DNA of 64,000 nt from an uncultured bacterium. GTDB lineage: Bacteria; Patescibacteriota; Minisyncoccia; UBA6257; GWB1-50-10. Location: NCBI GenBank assembly GCA_963713955.1, contig OY970216.1:72075-136074 (forward strand), in the 5' to 3' direction. Every line of letters starts with the position of its first letter. Positions within the stretch are counted from its first letter, which is position 1. Position numbers and translations under genes: made by a program. Below the pieces are notes generated by a model. The model made no database searches and was not told where the DNA came from. It saw only the letters and a program-made list of their open reading frames with translations. Below, in pieces: positions 9,140 through 18,632 of the stretch.

Positions 9140-9487
9140 TTAGATCGAGACGATTCCCAAAAACACGGCGACCAAAACCGGCGGTATTAAAAGCCAGACC
9201 AAATACAGGAAGAATGCCGCGATGAAGATCAGGAGATAAACTCCCGAAGCCACGACGAGCCGCACGGCCCGCAAGACAAATCCCAGGAGATACCCCACGG
9301 GCGTATAGTCCTTGTAGAGGGGAGAAAAGAGATTTTTCAGGGTTATCTTCCACGCAAAAAACTTGTCGAGATTCTCCATCCGCTCCAGGACGTAATTCAA
9401 GTAAGCCTTGAGACTCCCGACGTACCAGTGCCTCAAAAAATCGGCTATCCTCCAGAAAAATCTCTCTCCCAAATAGACCAATGCCAT
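9140..9487 (-). CDS. Small membrane protein upstream of the Clp ATPase
   Basis: FLRHWY..KNLFSPLYKDY followed by a hydrophobic C-terminal half. Start MALVYL lies 7 nt after TATAAT. Confidence 0.75.
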   Translation of the reverse strand: MALVYLGERFFWRIADFLRHWYVGSLKAYLNYVLERMENLDKFFAWKITLKNLFSPLYKDYTPVGYLLGFVLRAVRLVVASGVYLLIFIAAFFLYLVWLLIPPVLVAVFLGIVSI

Positions 9488-9578
9488 TTGATTCATTATA
9501 CTACCGTATCTCCATTTATCTCTACCACACATCCATTTATTTCTGCGTATATTCCCCCTTCCTGTTATAATTAACCTA

Positions 9579-10802
9579 ATGAATCTGCGAAATAGAGAAT
9601 CTTTTACCTTGATTGAGTTGCTTGTAGTGATAGCGATCCTAGCCGTCCTCGCAACTGCCGTAGTCCTCGTCTTGAACCCTGTCCAGCTCCTGGCTCAGGG
9701 AAGAGATTCGACAAGGCTCTCTGATCTTGCAGCCCTGAATAGCGCCCTCTCCCTCTTCCAAGCCGATGCCTATACCCAGTCCTTAGGAACTCCTAATACA
9801 GTCTATCTATCAGTCCCTGACAATGCCTCCTCTACCTGTGGATCCCTGGGACTTCCCCTCCTTTCCTCTCCCTGGATCTATCACTGTGTTCCCAGCGCTT
9901 CCTCTACGAAAACAGATGGTTCTGGCTGGATTCCCGTCAATCTTACCCTCATTTCATCAGGATCCCCTTTATCCAAGCTCCCGATAGACCCTACGAATAC
10001 CACCTCATCGGGGTTCTACTATACCTATGTCTCAGGAGGAAGCTATGCCATGACGGCAACTCTCGAATCCCAGAAATACCTCAGTTCTACTGCATCCCAA
10101 GACAACGGCTATGATCCTGGGAGGTATGAGATCGGTTCTGACCTTTCCCTTATTGGAAGAAGTGAAGGACTCATGGGATGGTGGCCCCTCGATGGAGATG
10201 CGAGTGACAGATCAGGGAATGGGAATAATGGGACGTGGAGCGGATCCATGACAGGAGGTTCCTATTATACCCAGGGGAAGATCAATCAGGCGGGGAACCT
10301 CAATGGGACGGATGATTATGTTGCTGGGGGAGGTGCGAATATAATTTTCGGGACCTCCAGTTTCAGTGGCTCTGCGTGGGTTAAGAGTAGTGATGTTGGC
10401 GGGAATCAGCATCGAATCATTGGGAAGGATTTTAATGTTTCCACCGGCTACTCCTGGCTGAATTTTGGAAATGGCAATCCGTATTTGGAGATTAAAGACA
10501 GTGATAATGTTCATGGTGACGTGGTCTCAGGAGTAAGCATTGCAGATAATCAATGGCATTACATCACTTTTGTGGTTAATAGAACGAATAACAAAGATTA
10601 TATCTATATTGATGGTGCGCTCAAAAGTTCTGTTACTCCAAGCTTTACCGGTATTTTTGGTAACTCCTCTGCGACGAATAACTTTTGTGCTGGCGCTCAG
10701 TATGGTAACTTACCGTTGAATGGTCTCATCGACGACGTCCGGATCTACAACCGAGCATTATCCGCAGCGGAAATCCAGGCCATCTATAACGCCCAAAAGT
10801 AA
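9579..10802 (+). CDS. Type IV pilin-like protein with a C-terminal LamG/concanavalin-like domain
   Basis: Class III signal SF-TLIELLVVIAILAVLA, RDSTRLSDL and LPIDP; LamG motifs GLMGWWPLD, QWHYITFV and IDDVRIYNRALSAAEI. Confidence 0.9.
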   Translation: MNLRNRESFTLIELLVVIAILAVLATAVVLVLNPVQLLAQGRDSTRLSDLAALNSALSLFQADAYTQSLGTPNTVYLSVPDNASSTCGSLGLPLLSSPWIYHCVPSASSTKTDGSGWIPVNLTLISSGSPLSKLPIDPTNTTSSGFYYTYVSGGSYAMTATLESQKYLSSTASQDNGYDPGRYEIGSDLSLIGRSEGLMGWWPLDGDASDRSGNGNNGTWSGSMTGGSYYTQGKINQAGNLNGTDDYVAGGGANIIFGTSSFSGSAWVKSSDVGGNQHRIIGKDFNVSTGYSWLNFGNGNPYLEIKDSDNVHGDVVSGVSIADNQWHYITFVVNRTNNKDYIYIDGALKSSVTPSFTGIFGNSSATNNFCAGAQYGNLPLNGLIDDVRIYNRALSAAEIQAIYNAQK

Positions 10803-10803
10803 G

Positions 10804-10838
10804 TATACTTTATACTTTCTACTTGCTACTCAATACTT
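10804..10838. repeat. Degenerate heptamer tandem repeat (5 x nnTACTY)
   Basis: TATACTT TATACTT TCTACTT GCTACTC AATACTT between convergent genes. Confidence 0.75.
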
Positions 10839-11775
10839 ATTCAACATATCTCACTTCTTCCTCAAGCCTGATGCCGAACTTCTTGTAGACTCTCTTCTTG
10901 AGAACCACGGAGAGCTTCTTCACATCGGCTGCTCTGGCACCTCCTTTGTTGACGAAAAGATTCCCATGGAAGCTCGCGATTTCTATCTTCCCGACACGCA
11001 TGCCTTTCGATCCCACGCTCTCCAAAAGATACCCCGCTGGTATCTTTCCTTCAATAATTTTCGACTTGTCTATCTTGGCAAGCGATTTCTTAGAAACGTC
11101 CTTCACGAGGATATTCTTGAAAAAACTCCCCGGACATTTTATCCCCGGCTTATACTTTCTCTCCCGGACTTTTATGATCTCCCGCGATTTCTTCAGAAGC
11201 TCAGCCCTACTCCCCTTCTCAAACTTCAATCCGACCCGAAGGAGCAGGTACGGTTCGTGCTTCAAAACGCTGTCTCGATACGCGAACTTGCACTCGCCCT
11301 TCGTGACCCATCTCCTTTTCTTGCCATCCCAGACTTCAATTCGTTCCACCGCCCCGGAGATAGACCTCCCGTACGCGCCGGCGTTCCCGACGACTGCTCC
11401 GCCGACGGTCCCCGGGATACCCGAGAGAGTCTCGAGGCCCTTGAAACCCCGGTTCAGGGATTTTTTTATGACGTCGCCCAAGACAACTCCCCCATCGACC
11501 GTGCACCGCGTCCCGTCAAAAGAAGTCCGCCCACCGGAAAACCTGATGGTTAAACCTCTCAATCCTTTGTCCGGGAAAACCGTGTTGCTCCCTCCCGCAA
11601 AAACGTTCGTTTTCATGCCGTTCTTCTTTGCCCATTCATAGACGCTTATGAGTTTCTCCGGCGTTTCAACAAGACAAAAATACTCGGTCCGCCCCCCAAT
11701 CTTGAAGGTACTCATCGGCGCGAGGGCCACGTTCTTTTTCACGGCGAATTGAATAAATTCCTGGTTCTTTTTCAT
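10837..11775 (-). CDS. murB: UDP-N-acetylenolpyruvoylglucosamine reductase
   Basis: TFKIGG, GGSN, GLETLSGIPGTVGGAVVGNAGAYG, FAYRDS, GSFFKN, HGNLFVN and LEEEVR. Confidence 0.95.
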   Translation of the reverse strand: MKKNQEFIQFAVKKNVALAPMSTFKIGGRTEYFCLVETPEKLISVYEWAKKNGMKTNVFAGGSNTVFPDKGLRGLTIRFSGGRTSFDGTRCTVDGGVVLGDVIKKSLNRGFKGLETLSGIPGTVGGAVVGNAGAYGRSISGAVERIEVWDGKKRRWVTKGECKFAYRDSVLKHEPYLLLRVGLKFEKGSRAELLKKSREIIKVRERKYKPGIKCPGSFFKNILVKDVSKKSLAKIDKSKIIEGKIPAGYLLESVGSKGMRVGKIEIASFHGNLFVNKGGARAADVKKLSVVLKKRVYKKFGIRLEEEVRYVE

Positions 11776-11810
11776 GAATAGACATCTCTAGTATACTAAT
11801 TACAAACCCC

Positions 11811-13169
11811 ATGAACAATGATCTCATCGTGAGCATCTCCGGCCTCCGGGGCATCGTAGGAGAAACCCTCACCCCCGATGTCGTCGTGAAATACGCGAAT
11901 GCCTTCGCGAGGTTCGTGAACCGCAAAAAAGTGATCATCGGTAGGGACGGCAGATATCACGGCGCTATGCTCGCGGATGTCCTCAAGGGGACGCTCGCCG
12001 CGAGTGGCTGCGAGGTCATTGACATCGGAATCTGCCCCACTCCAACTGTCCAGCTCGCCGTCGAGCATTCGGACGCGGCGGGCGGCGTTATCGTGACCGC
12101 AAGCCACAACCCGATGGAGTGGAATGGTTTGAAATTTCTGAACAAAGACGGTGTTTTCCTCGATGCCGAGGAAAATAAAAAGCTTCAAAAACTCGTGGAA
12201 GGGAAACTGGAATTCACTCCCCCGGAATCGATCGGCAAAACGAAGCCGGGGAACTTTTTTATCGATGAACACCTGAAGCGCGTCCTTTCCATAAAAGAGA
12301 TCGACGCAAAAGCGATCCGAAAGAGACATTTCAAAGTCGTCGTCGACGCGGTGAACGCGTCCGGATCCGTCATCGTGCCCACGCTCCTCGCCGAGCTCGG
12401 GTGCAAAGTGATCAAGATAAACTGTGAGCCGACGGGCGTGTTTCAGAGAAAGCCCGAGCCGCTGCCGGAAAACATAACTGCCGCGATGAACCGCGTGAAA
12501 AAAGAAAAAGCCGATCTCGGCATCGTGGTCGATCCAGATGTCGACCGCCTTGTTTTCGTAACCGAGAAGGGGAAACCGTTCAATGAAGAATACACAATAG
12601 TCCAAGCCGTAGACTTCATCCTGCGTAAAACCCCTCCGCGGAAGAGAATCGCAGTCGTGAATCTTTCGACCACGCGCGCCGTGGACGAAGCAACGCACAA
12701 ATACAACGGCAGATCCTTCCAGTCTCCCGTCGGGGAAATAAACGTGGTGAAGAAGATGAAGAAAGTGAACGCGGTAATCGGCGGCGAAGGGAGCGGCGGC
12801 GTGATCCTCCCCGAAGTCCATTACGGCCGCGACGCTCTGGTCGGCATCGCGCTCGCGCTCCAGAACCTTCTCGAATTCGGTGGAACACTTTCGGAACTCA
12901 AAGAAACGCTCCCGGAATTCGAGATTGTGAAAAAGAAAATCGAGATAGGAACGAAAAATCCCGAAAAAATAATAAGCGTTTTCAAAAAGCGCTACTCTAA
13001 GTTCAAAATCAACACCGAGGACGGTCTCAAAATAGATGCACCTGATTACTGGATCCACCTAAGAAAATCTAACACCGAACCGATAATAAGGGTTATAGCC
13101 GAAGCGAGAACTAGAGAAGAAGCTGAAGCTCGCGCCTCTGAAGCCGCGAAACTCGTAGAGAGCATTTAG
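11811..13169 (+). CDS. glmM: Phosphoglucosamine mutase / phosphohexomutase
   Basis: TASHNP catalytic Ser, DPDVDR metal loop, GGEGSGG and RKSNTEPIIRV. Confidence 0.85.
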   Translation: MNNDLIVSISGLRGIVGETLTPDVVVKYANAFARFVNRKKVIIGRDGRYHGAMLADVLKGTLAASGCEVIDIGICPTPTVQLAVEHSDAAGGVIVTASHNPMEWNGLKFLNKDGVFLDAEENKKLQKLVEGKLEFTPPESIGKTKPGNFFIDEHLKRVLSIKEIDAKAIRKRHFKVVVDAVNASGSVIVPTLLAELGCKVIKINCEPTGVFQRKPEPLPENITAAMNRVKKEKADLGIVVDPDVDRLVFVTEKGKPFNEEYTIVQAVDFILRKTPPRKRIAVVNLSTTRAVDEATHKYNGRSFQSPVGEINVVKKMKKVNAVIGGEGSGGVILPEVHYGRDALVGIALALQNLLEFGGTLSELKETLPEFEIVKKKIEIGTKNPEKIISVFKKRYSKFKINTEDGLKIDAPDYWIHLRKSNTEPIIRVIAEARTREEAEARASEAAKLVESI

Positions 13170-13213
13170 CTCGACCCCCTGAAAAATGAAGGGGGTTTTG
13201 TGTTTTTGTTCCA

Positions 13214-13444
13214 CTAAAACCCCTCATACTGCTCCGTTGGATAATTCGGAGATCTCCCTTCTACGGATAAAGGGAAAAAGAGCTCTCTCTGTCTCGGGTC
13301 ACCGTTGATACTCACAAATAAGCCCTTCGGCTTCAAATCGAAGTCTATTTTGTCCATCAGAAATCCATTGATTATAAGCCGGAATAAGATTTCCTCTTCT
13401 TCATGAGTAAGATCGCGCAGTACACCATCCGTATCCATTTGCAC
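13214..13444 (-). CDS. Hypothetical protein
   Basis: 76-aa ORF filling an intergenic gap; no motif recognised. Confidence 0.45.
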   Translation of the reverse strand: MQMDTDGVLRDLTHEEEEILFRLIINGFLMDKIDFDLKPKGLFVSINGDPRQRELFFPLSVEGRSPNYPTEQYEGF

Positions 13445-13542
13445 CTCTTCATTTATGAATGATCGTTATCGCTATCATGCCATAGCAAAAAGTTTTGTCA
13501 ACCAAATGGCAGGGAGGAAACAAAATTGGTAAGATAATGACT

Positions 13543-14433
13543 ATGTCGATCACGATCGACGGAAAAGTCTTCTACCACGTGAAAACTAGGGCGTACACGC
13601 CGGTCTCGATATACAAAAACGAGGATTCGTTTCTGAGAATCGGCCCCAAAGATTTGATAATGCCGGAGCTCGACCTGCATAAACGCCTCCTGAGGTTCGC
13701 GTTCCCGGTACCCCAAATCGTTTCCGAGGGAGAAATTGACGGGAAGTATTACTACATCGAAGCCTCGCTAGGAGAAAACCTCCTAGGGGAGATGTTCTGC
13801 GAAGACTGCGAGAAATCCGGGACGATTTCCGGCGCGAACTTCCAGAAGTTTCTCTCGGTCACGGAGAAATTCGCGAAGGCACAGCTCAAAACGGCAGAGA
13901 GCGAAACCGCATTCGAAAGCTTCTACCACGGTGTCCACATCGACTACATCCTGAAAGAGCTGCCGTATCTGAAAGAAAAAACGCTCGCGGCTTTCGAAAA
14001 AATCAAAAGCCGGCTATCGGTCATGCCGACTGTACTGACACACGGTGATTTCAACGCATACAATCTATTCGAAGGAGGTGTCATCGACTTCGGAAATTCA
14101 TTCGAGGCTCCGGCCGGATACGATCTCATGAGCAACATCTACCAAACCTATCTCTTCCCGAAAGGCGAGGGCTTCGAGATGACCCGGGGATATGAGTTTT
14201 CGGCAAAGCAAATAGAAGAATACTTTTCTCTTTTGGACGACGTTTACGCACAAAACAACCTCCCGAAACTTTCCGATTTCGCCGATGACTTTATACTCGT
14301 GAGGACAATATGGTCTGCCGTCAGAATGCAGAAAAAGCCCAAGATACAGAAATGGCGATACGAAAAGTTCGAAAAGATTCTGGAGGGTTACCTATCGGGC
14401 AAAAACTTGGCGGAGATTATGAAAAACGACTAG
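13543..14433 (+). CDS. Aminoglycoside-phosphotransferase-like (APH/choline kinase fold) protein
   Basis: FPVPQI, catalytic loop LTHGDFNAYN, VIDFG and AGYDL. Start placed 7 nt after TGnTAAGAT. Confidence 0.85.
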   Translation: MSITIDGKVFYHVKTRAYTPVSIYKNEDSFLRIGPKDLIMPELDLHKRLLRFAFPVPQIVSEGEIDGKYYYIEASLGENLLGEMFCEDCEKSGTISGANFQKFLSVTEKFAKAQLKTAESETAFESFYHGVHIDYILKELPYLKEKTLAAFEKIKSRLSVMPTVLTHGDFNAYNLFEGGVIDFGNSFEAPAGYDLMSNIYQTYLFPKGEGFEMTRGYEFSAKQIEEYFSLLDDVYAQNNLPKLSDFADDFILVRTIWSAVRMQKKPKIQKWRYEKFEKILEGYLSGKNLAEIMKND

Positions 14434-14978
14434 GCGGGGATGATATACTCCCAGCCGGGGCGCCAGGATTTTGTTCTCCGCCAATCCTCCGTGAATGCCT
14501 CTTCCCACGTCTTACTCTTGAGAAGAACTTCCAGGGCGAGCTGCGGGGCTTGATGCGCGACTACCGCGATGTGCTTACCGTCGCAATTTTTCTTCAGGAA
14601 CTCCGTGAAATCCGCAATCCTCCGTTCGACGTCCAAATAGCTTTCCCCGTTGGGGAACGGGGCGCGGATGTATCTGCCGAGATCGTTCTTAAACTCTTTC
14701 TCCGGCTTCAAGGTGAAATCCCCGTAGTTGCATTCTCTCAGCCGACTGTCCGCGATGATCCGGTATTCGTCCCCGAAGCCGAGTTCCGCGGAATCGACGG
14801 CTCGCTTCAAATCGGAGCAAAAAACGGCGTCGAAGCGCTCGCCCGCGACAAGGACGCCGAGTTCCTTCGCCTGTTTCCTCCCCAATTCCGAAAGTTCGCC
14901 GCCCGCCCATCCCGTCGCGAGATCCCGCTCGTTATCCGTCGTCGTCCCATGGACGAAATAAGTGATTCTTACTGACAT
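14430..14978 (-). CDS. Histidine phosphatase family protein
   Basis: FVHGTTTDN (variant RHG motif), SDLKRAVDS, LRECNYG, PNGES and VVAH. Confidence 0.87.
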   Translation of the reverse strand: MSVRITYFVHGTTTDNERDLATGWAGGELSELGRKQAKELGVLVAGERFDAVFCSDLKRAVDSAELGFGDEYRIIADSRLRECNYGDFTLKPEKEFKNDLGRYIRAPFPNGESYLDVERRIADFTEFLKKNCDGKHIAVVAHQAPQLALEVLLKSKTWEEAFTEDWRRTKSWRPGWEYIIPA

Positions 14979-15060
14979 AGTAGAGGTTTATCCTTAATAT
15001 TTTACTCTCTGATGCGTGTTGAAGCGAACCTAAACTTCCTACCTTCCTTCTCGCAAAACC

Positions 15061-15252
15061 TTGACTTAACAATAGATATATATTATAGTTTAAAGCTATC
15101 GTGGTAGTCTGGCTTTTGCTAATAAGCACTTCTTGTCTTGGTAAAAGCCAGATTGGCACAAAAACAAAAAGATCATTCAAAAACTTTCCGCTGTGGGTCG
15201 TCAAAGAAGCTGATCTGGTAACCCAAAACAGCGGAAACAAAAGGAGTTATGT
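15061..15252 (+). promoter_or_regulatory. Promoter plus long structured 5' leader
   Basis: TTGACT-17-TATAGT; hairpin 15101-15159; boxA-like GATCATTCAAAAACT; hairpin 15185-15237; SD AAGGAG. Confidence 0.65.
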
Positions 15253-16434
15253 ATGAAAAAGTTAGTTGCTTTTCTCGTCCCCTTGGCGATAGCGACCGTC
15301 GTGACGATTGTCGTTAAAGCACAGGGTACCTATTCTCCGCAGGATAGCTCGTACCTCGAGCAGTTCCGCGGGGAACCGGCGTCGAAAATCGTGCCACAAG
15401 TATGGCTCGACGAATGCAGGCTAAACCGCATACGATACCCGGACAGCAATATGGTCCGCGCAGGCGACACTCTCCTTCTACCTACCAACAAACGGTACAT
15501 CGTGGAAGGCAATCAAGGATCAGACCATATGTGGAGAGCGGCAATGTCCTTCGCGCAAAACACGGTGCTACCCTACTTAAACCATCACCAGAATGTGGTA
15601 TCCACGGTCGCAAACACCTCCAAAACCGCGATACTAGACCCGATTTTATTTTGGTTTCTGATAGCGGCGGTTCTACTCATTCTACTCGTAATGCTCTGGT
15701 TCATTCGGAAAAACCTTCTCGACCGCAGACATCCTTTTGTCGCGCGGCAAAATATCCCAGACTTCGAAAACGCCTCGGATGAAGAGGTTGAAGAAGTCGT
15801 GGAGAATGCGCTGAGACAGATCTACGGACGAAACTTTGAAATTGTAGGTCCTATCCAGAGAGGGTACATCGACGGCACAATGACAAGCTTCTTTGCCAAC
15901 GGATCGCAGCGGAATGAAGAGTTCCATGACGAGCCGGGATTCAGAGCTCGCCTCCGTTTCAACGATAGGCATGAGAGACTTGTTGTCTCCCGCTGGTCCT
16001 GCTTCAACCCCTGCTGGACAGCTCAAGACGCTCAGTTCAGCGGCACCTTCACACCGGTAGACGAAATGCACCCCCAAAGGATTGATAGGATCACGAACGA
16101 GGAGTTGGGTGACCTGACTCAAAACATAAGGCGCACCAATCGCGGAGAAGAACCGGCGGTGGATCCAATACCCCCTGCGGAACCTAAGGAAGAAGCAAGG
16201 GTAGAGGGGAGGCCAGGGCAAGAACCTAAACCCGAATCCCAAAAGGAAACTCCTGCTCCAGCTGTCGAGAAGACGGAAGAGGGGAAGCTGCACTTCACAA
16301 AGGTGCAGATCAGCAATGAAAAAGGATTGAATCTTGAAGGCAACTTTGACCTCACGCCGAAGGAACTTCAAGAGCTTATCACTCGAGTCACCTCCCCAGG
16401 AAAGACGGGAGAGGGGGAAGAGAAAGATAAGTAA
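15253..16434 (+). CDS. Exported/membrane hypothetical protein with a LysM-like N-terminal segment
   Basis: Signal peptide, LNRIRYPDSNMVRAGDTLLLP (LysM-like), central TM helix and Pro/Glu-rich linker. Confidence 0.75.
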   Translation: MKKLVAFLVPLAIATVVTIVVKAQGTYSPQDSSYLEQFRGEPASKIVPQVWLDECRLNRIRYPDSNMVRAGDTLLLPTNKRYIVEGNQGSDHMWRAAMSFAQNTVLPYLNHHQNVVSTVANTSKTAILDPILFWFLIAAVLLILLVMLWFIRKNLLDRRHPFVARQNIPDFENASDEEVEEVVENALRQIYGRNFEIVGPIQRGYIDGTMTSFFANGSQRNEEFHDEPGFRARLRFNDRHERLVVSRWSCFNPCWTAQDAQFSGTFTPVDEMHPQRIDRITNEELGDLTQNIRRTNRGEEPAVDPIPPAEPKEEARVEGRPGQEPKPESQKETPAPAVEKTEEGKLHFTKVQISNEKGLNLEGNFDLTPKELQELITRVTSPGKTGEGEEKDK

Positions 16435-16446
16435 AAGTTACACCCA

Positions 16447-16474
16447 GGCCTTGCGAAGATTTACTCGCAAGGCC
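16447..16474 (+). terminator. Hairpin after the 15253 gene
   Basis: GGCCTTGCGA / TCGCAAGGCC. Confidence 0.55.
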
Positions 16475-16518
16475 CGTGCTCATTTATGGGATATCTTTCG
16501 CGCTTAATGGCACGTTCT

Positions 16519-16617
16519 TTAATCGTCCGCGCGGAGCGAAGCCATTGGTTTGGTGAGGCTAAATTCGATACGGCGGTTTTTCAGAAAGAGGTTCGGGCCA
16601 AAGATTTTTTGAGAGAG
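16519..16617 (-). pseudogene. Remnant resembling the C-terminus of CPR large serine recombinases
   Basis: Manual translation LSQKIFGPNLFLKNRRIEFSLTKPMASLRADD*. The resemblance is recalled, not searched. Confidence 0.45.
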
Positions 16618-16654
16618 GGGCTTTTGTTCATATATCATAATACTTTTATAGGTA

Positions 16655-16706
16655 TTGACGCGGGGAATACGCCCATATATAATGGGCTTACCAGCTTATA
16701 AGGAGC
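16655..16706 (+). promoter_or_regulatory. Promoter and SD of the three-gene island
   Basis: TTGACG-17-TATAAT and AAGGAG. Confidence 0.65.
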
Positions 16707-16722
16707 TAGGTAGAAACGTATT

Positions 16723-17415
16723 ATGAAAGATGACCTAACACGACAATTTATAGTTGATGAAAGTGATACGCGCCGAAATACCCAGGAGCTTATTAAGAAA
16801 GTTCTCAAATTTGGGAAGGTATCTAAAACCGGAGATATCATTATTGAAGATAGGAGCCTGTCTAAAGACAATATTCTAAAACTCGCTCTTGTAGTTCGTT
16901 TTTTAGCTCATAGCCTAGATGAAAGTATCCCCGAGAGTATTCGTCCCAGTGACTTAACAAAGGTGATGAGCGAGCGAATTGAAGCCGTTGGCTCAAGGCT
17001 TAGCGTGTTAGTAAAATCAAATTTTGCTAAAAAGGATGGCTATGGGAAGTATGTAGTTCATCATTACAAAATCGAGAAGTTCTTGGCTGAACTTGAGTAT
17101 GGAAATGTGGCCGATGATCCAGACAAGACGGATCAGAATAAAAGGGGGCGCAAAATAAAAATAAGTCAGAAGAGGGGCAGGCCAGTTTATGGCGTTGGCG
17201 CAGATATACAGAATCTAATTGACTCTGGTTTTTTCCGGACACCTAAATTTGTTGCAGACGTTAAGAAAAAATTGGAGGAGGAGGTGAAATTTCATGACGT
17301 TAGAGTTATAGATACGGCTATCCGCAAGACTTTCATTATCAATAAAAAGCTTCTTAAGAGGATACCCAATACCGAGAAGGGCAAGGCGAAGTGGAAATAC
17401 GTTGTAAGAAGTTAA
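16723..17415 (+). CDS. Hypothetical protein, probably two winged-helix domains
   Basis: PSDLTKVM..AVGSRLSVLVKSNFAKKDGYGKYVV, basic linker, then LIDSGFFRTPKFVADVKKKL..LLKR..WKY. Confidence 0.75.
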   Translation: MKDDLTRQFIVDESDTRRNTQELIKKVLKFGKVSKTGDIIIEDRSLSKDNILKLALVVRFLAHSLDESIPESIRPSDLTKVMSERIEAVGSRLSVLVKSNFAKKDGYGKYVVHHYKIEKFLAELEYGNVADDPDKTDQNKRGRKIKISQKRGRPVYGVGADIQNLIDSGFFRTPKFVADVKKKLEEEVKFHDVRVIDTAIRKTFIINKKLLKRIPNTEKGKAKWKYVVRS

Positions 17416-17425
17416 TTACACGACT

Positions 17426-17860
17426 ATGAATCCCAAAAATCTCGCAGCAAAACTTGAGAATATAAAGATGCTAGCCGACGAGTGTTTGGCCGCTTTAAAT
17501 CTTTTGGAGGGTACATCCTCGTTAAAGAAGGCTCATAGAGCCCTCCTTAAAGAAAATAGACTTAATTTGAAGCCTGATTTTACTATGCCGATCAGACCTT
17601 TCATCAAGAAATATGCGAAGGGTATGAGTGGCCCTAAAAAATTTACACTAATCCTTGCTTATATGGCTAAGGGCGATAAGAGTATTCAGGTACCGCTTGA
17701 AGGTATTAAAAATGCTTGGGATAAAATGACTTCGAGCTCATTGCTCGGTATGAAATTTAATCGTTTCTATTCTGGTCAGGCTAAAGATAATGATTGGGTA
17801 GAGTCTAAAAAGAGCGGAAGCTATAATCTGCGTCCATTGTGGATGGATATATTCACATGA
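17426..17860 (+). CDS. Hypothetical protein, probable winged-helix domain
   Basis: KKFTLILAYM..VPLEGIKNAW..AKDNDWVESKKSGSYNL; ATGA overlap with the next gene. Confidence 0.75.
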   Translation: MNPKNLAAKLENIKMLADECLAALNLLEGTSSLKKAHRALLKENRLNLKPDFTMPIRPFIKKYAKGMSGPKKFTLILAYMAKGDKSIQVPLEGIKNAWDKMTSSSLLGMKFNRFYSGQAKDNDWVESKKSGSYNLRPLWMDIFT

Positions 17861-18621
17861 AACCTCACGATAAAATCAAATCTTTATTGATCGGAAGTTT
17901 CAACCCAAAACAGATTGACGGGATTCTGAAATATTATATGCAGGCCATAGAGAAATACCACGAGGGAGATTGGGAGGGTGTTGCGTTGAAGGGAGGCAAG
18001 TTTGTTGAATCATTAACTAAGGCGTTAATGATCTACTGTGGCATCTCTTTACCTCGACAGAGAGCTTTTAAAGCGGGAACGGTTCTCAAAAATCTTGAAC
18101 AAACAGATGCTTCGAGGTATGACGATGTAATCAGAATTGTCATACCAAAGGCGGGTATACTAATTTATGAGATTGTGAATAACCGAGGTGGTAGACACGA
18201 CGCAGACGATATTGATCCAAATAGTATGGATTCCGAAATCATATTGCCAACTATGTCGTGGATTCTTGCGGAAATGGTGCGTTTTGCTAATAAAGGAAAG
18301 AGTACTGATCAGGCGAGAGATACCATCCAATCCTTAACGAGGAAGACTTATCATTCATTTGAGGAGATAGACGGCAGGCCATATACAAATATCAACGACT
18401 TGGATGCGTCCAGTACGGCAATATTACTACTTTACTATAAATATCCAGCTAGAATCTCTCGAAAGGATTTGATTGGATTTGTGGAAAGACATGGCTTTAA
18501 AAATAATGCGGCGAGTGTTGCGGTGCATCGTATTAAGTCGTTCGTAGACGATGACAATGGCAACTTTAAATTGAGGAGTACAGGGGTGCAAAGAGCAGAG
18601 GAAATATTGAAAGAAGCTTAG
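17857..18621 (+). CDS. HEPN/Abi-C-like protein with C-terminal winged helix
   Basis: Helical N-domain GGKFVES...IYEIVNNRGGRHDADDIDPNSMD...WILAEMVR with an RxxxH motif; C-terminal LLLYY..ISRKDL..FKLRSTGVQRAEE. Confidence 0.75.
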   Translation: MKPHDKIKSLLIGSFNPKQIDGILKYYMQAIEKYHEGDWEGVALKGGKFVESLTKALMIYCGISLPRQRAFKAGTVLKNLEQTDASRYDDVIRIVIPKAGILIYEIVNNRGGRHDADDIDPNSMDSEIILPTMSWILAEMVRFANKGKSTDQARDTIQSLTRKTYHSFEEIDGRPYTNINDLDASSTAILLLYYKYPARISRKDLIGFVERHGFKNNAASVAVHRIKSFVDDDNGNFKLRSTGVQRAEEILKEA

Positions 18622-18632
18622 CCATTATTTCA

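Noticed and set aside
9579-10802. Diversity-generating retroelement target
   Set aside because: No reverse transcriptase and no TR/VR repeat pair were seen in the window.
11796-13058. Long antisense ORFs (also 46-717, 21715-23157, 10720-11553) and the alternate-frame ORF 57572-58837
   Set aside because: These are shadows of well-supported genes (glmM, ileS, murE/ruvA, murB, pnp) with no motifs of their own.
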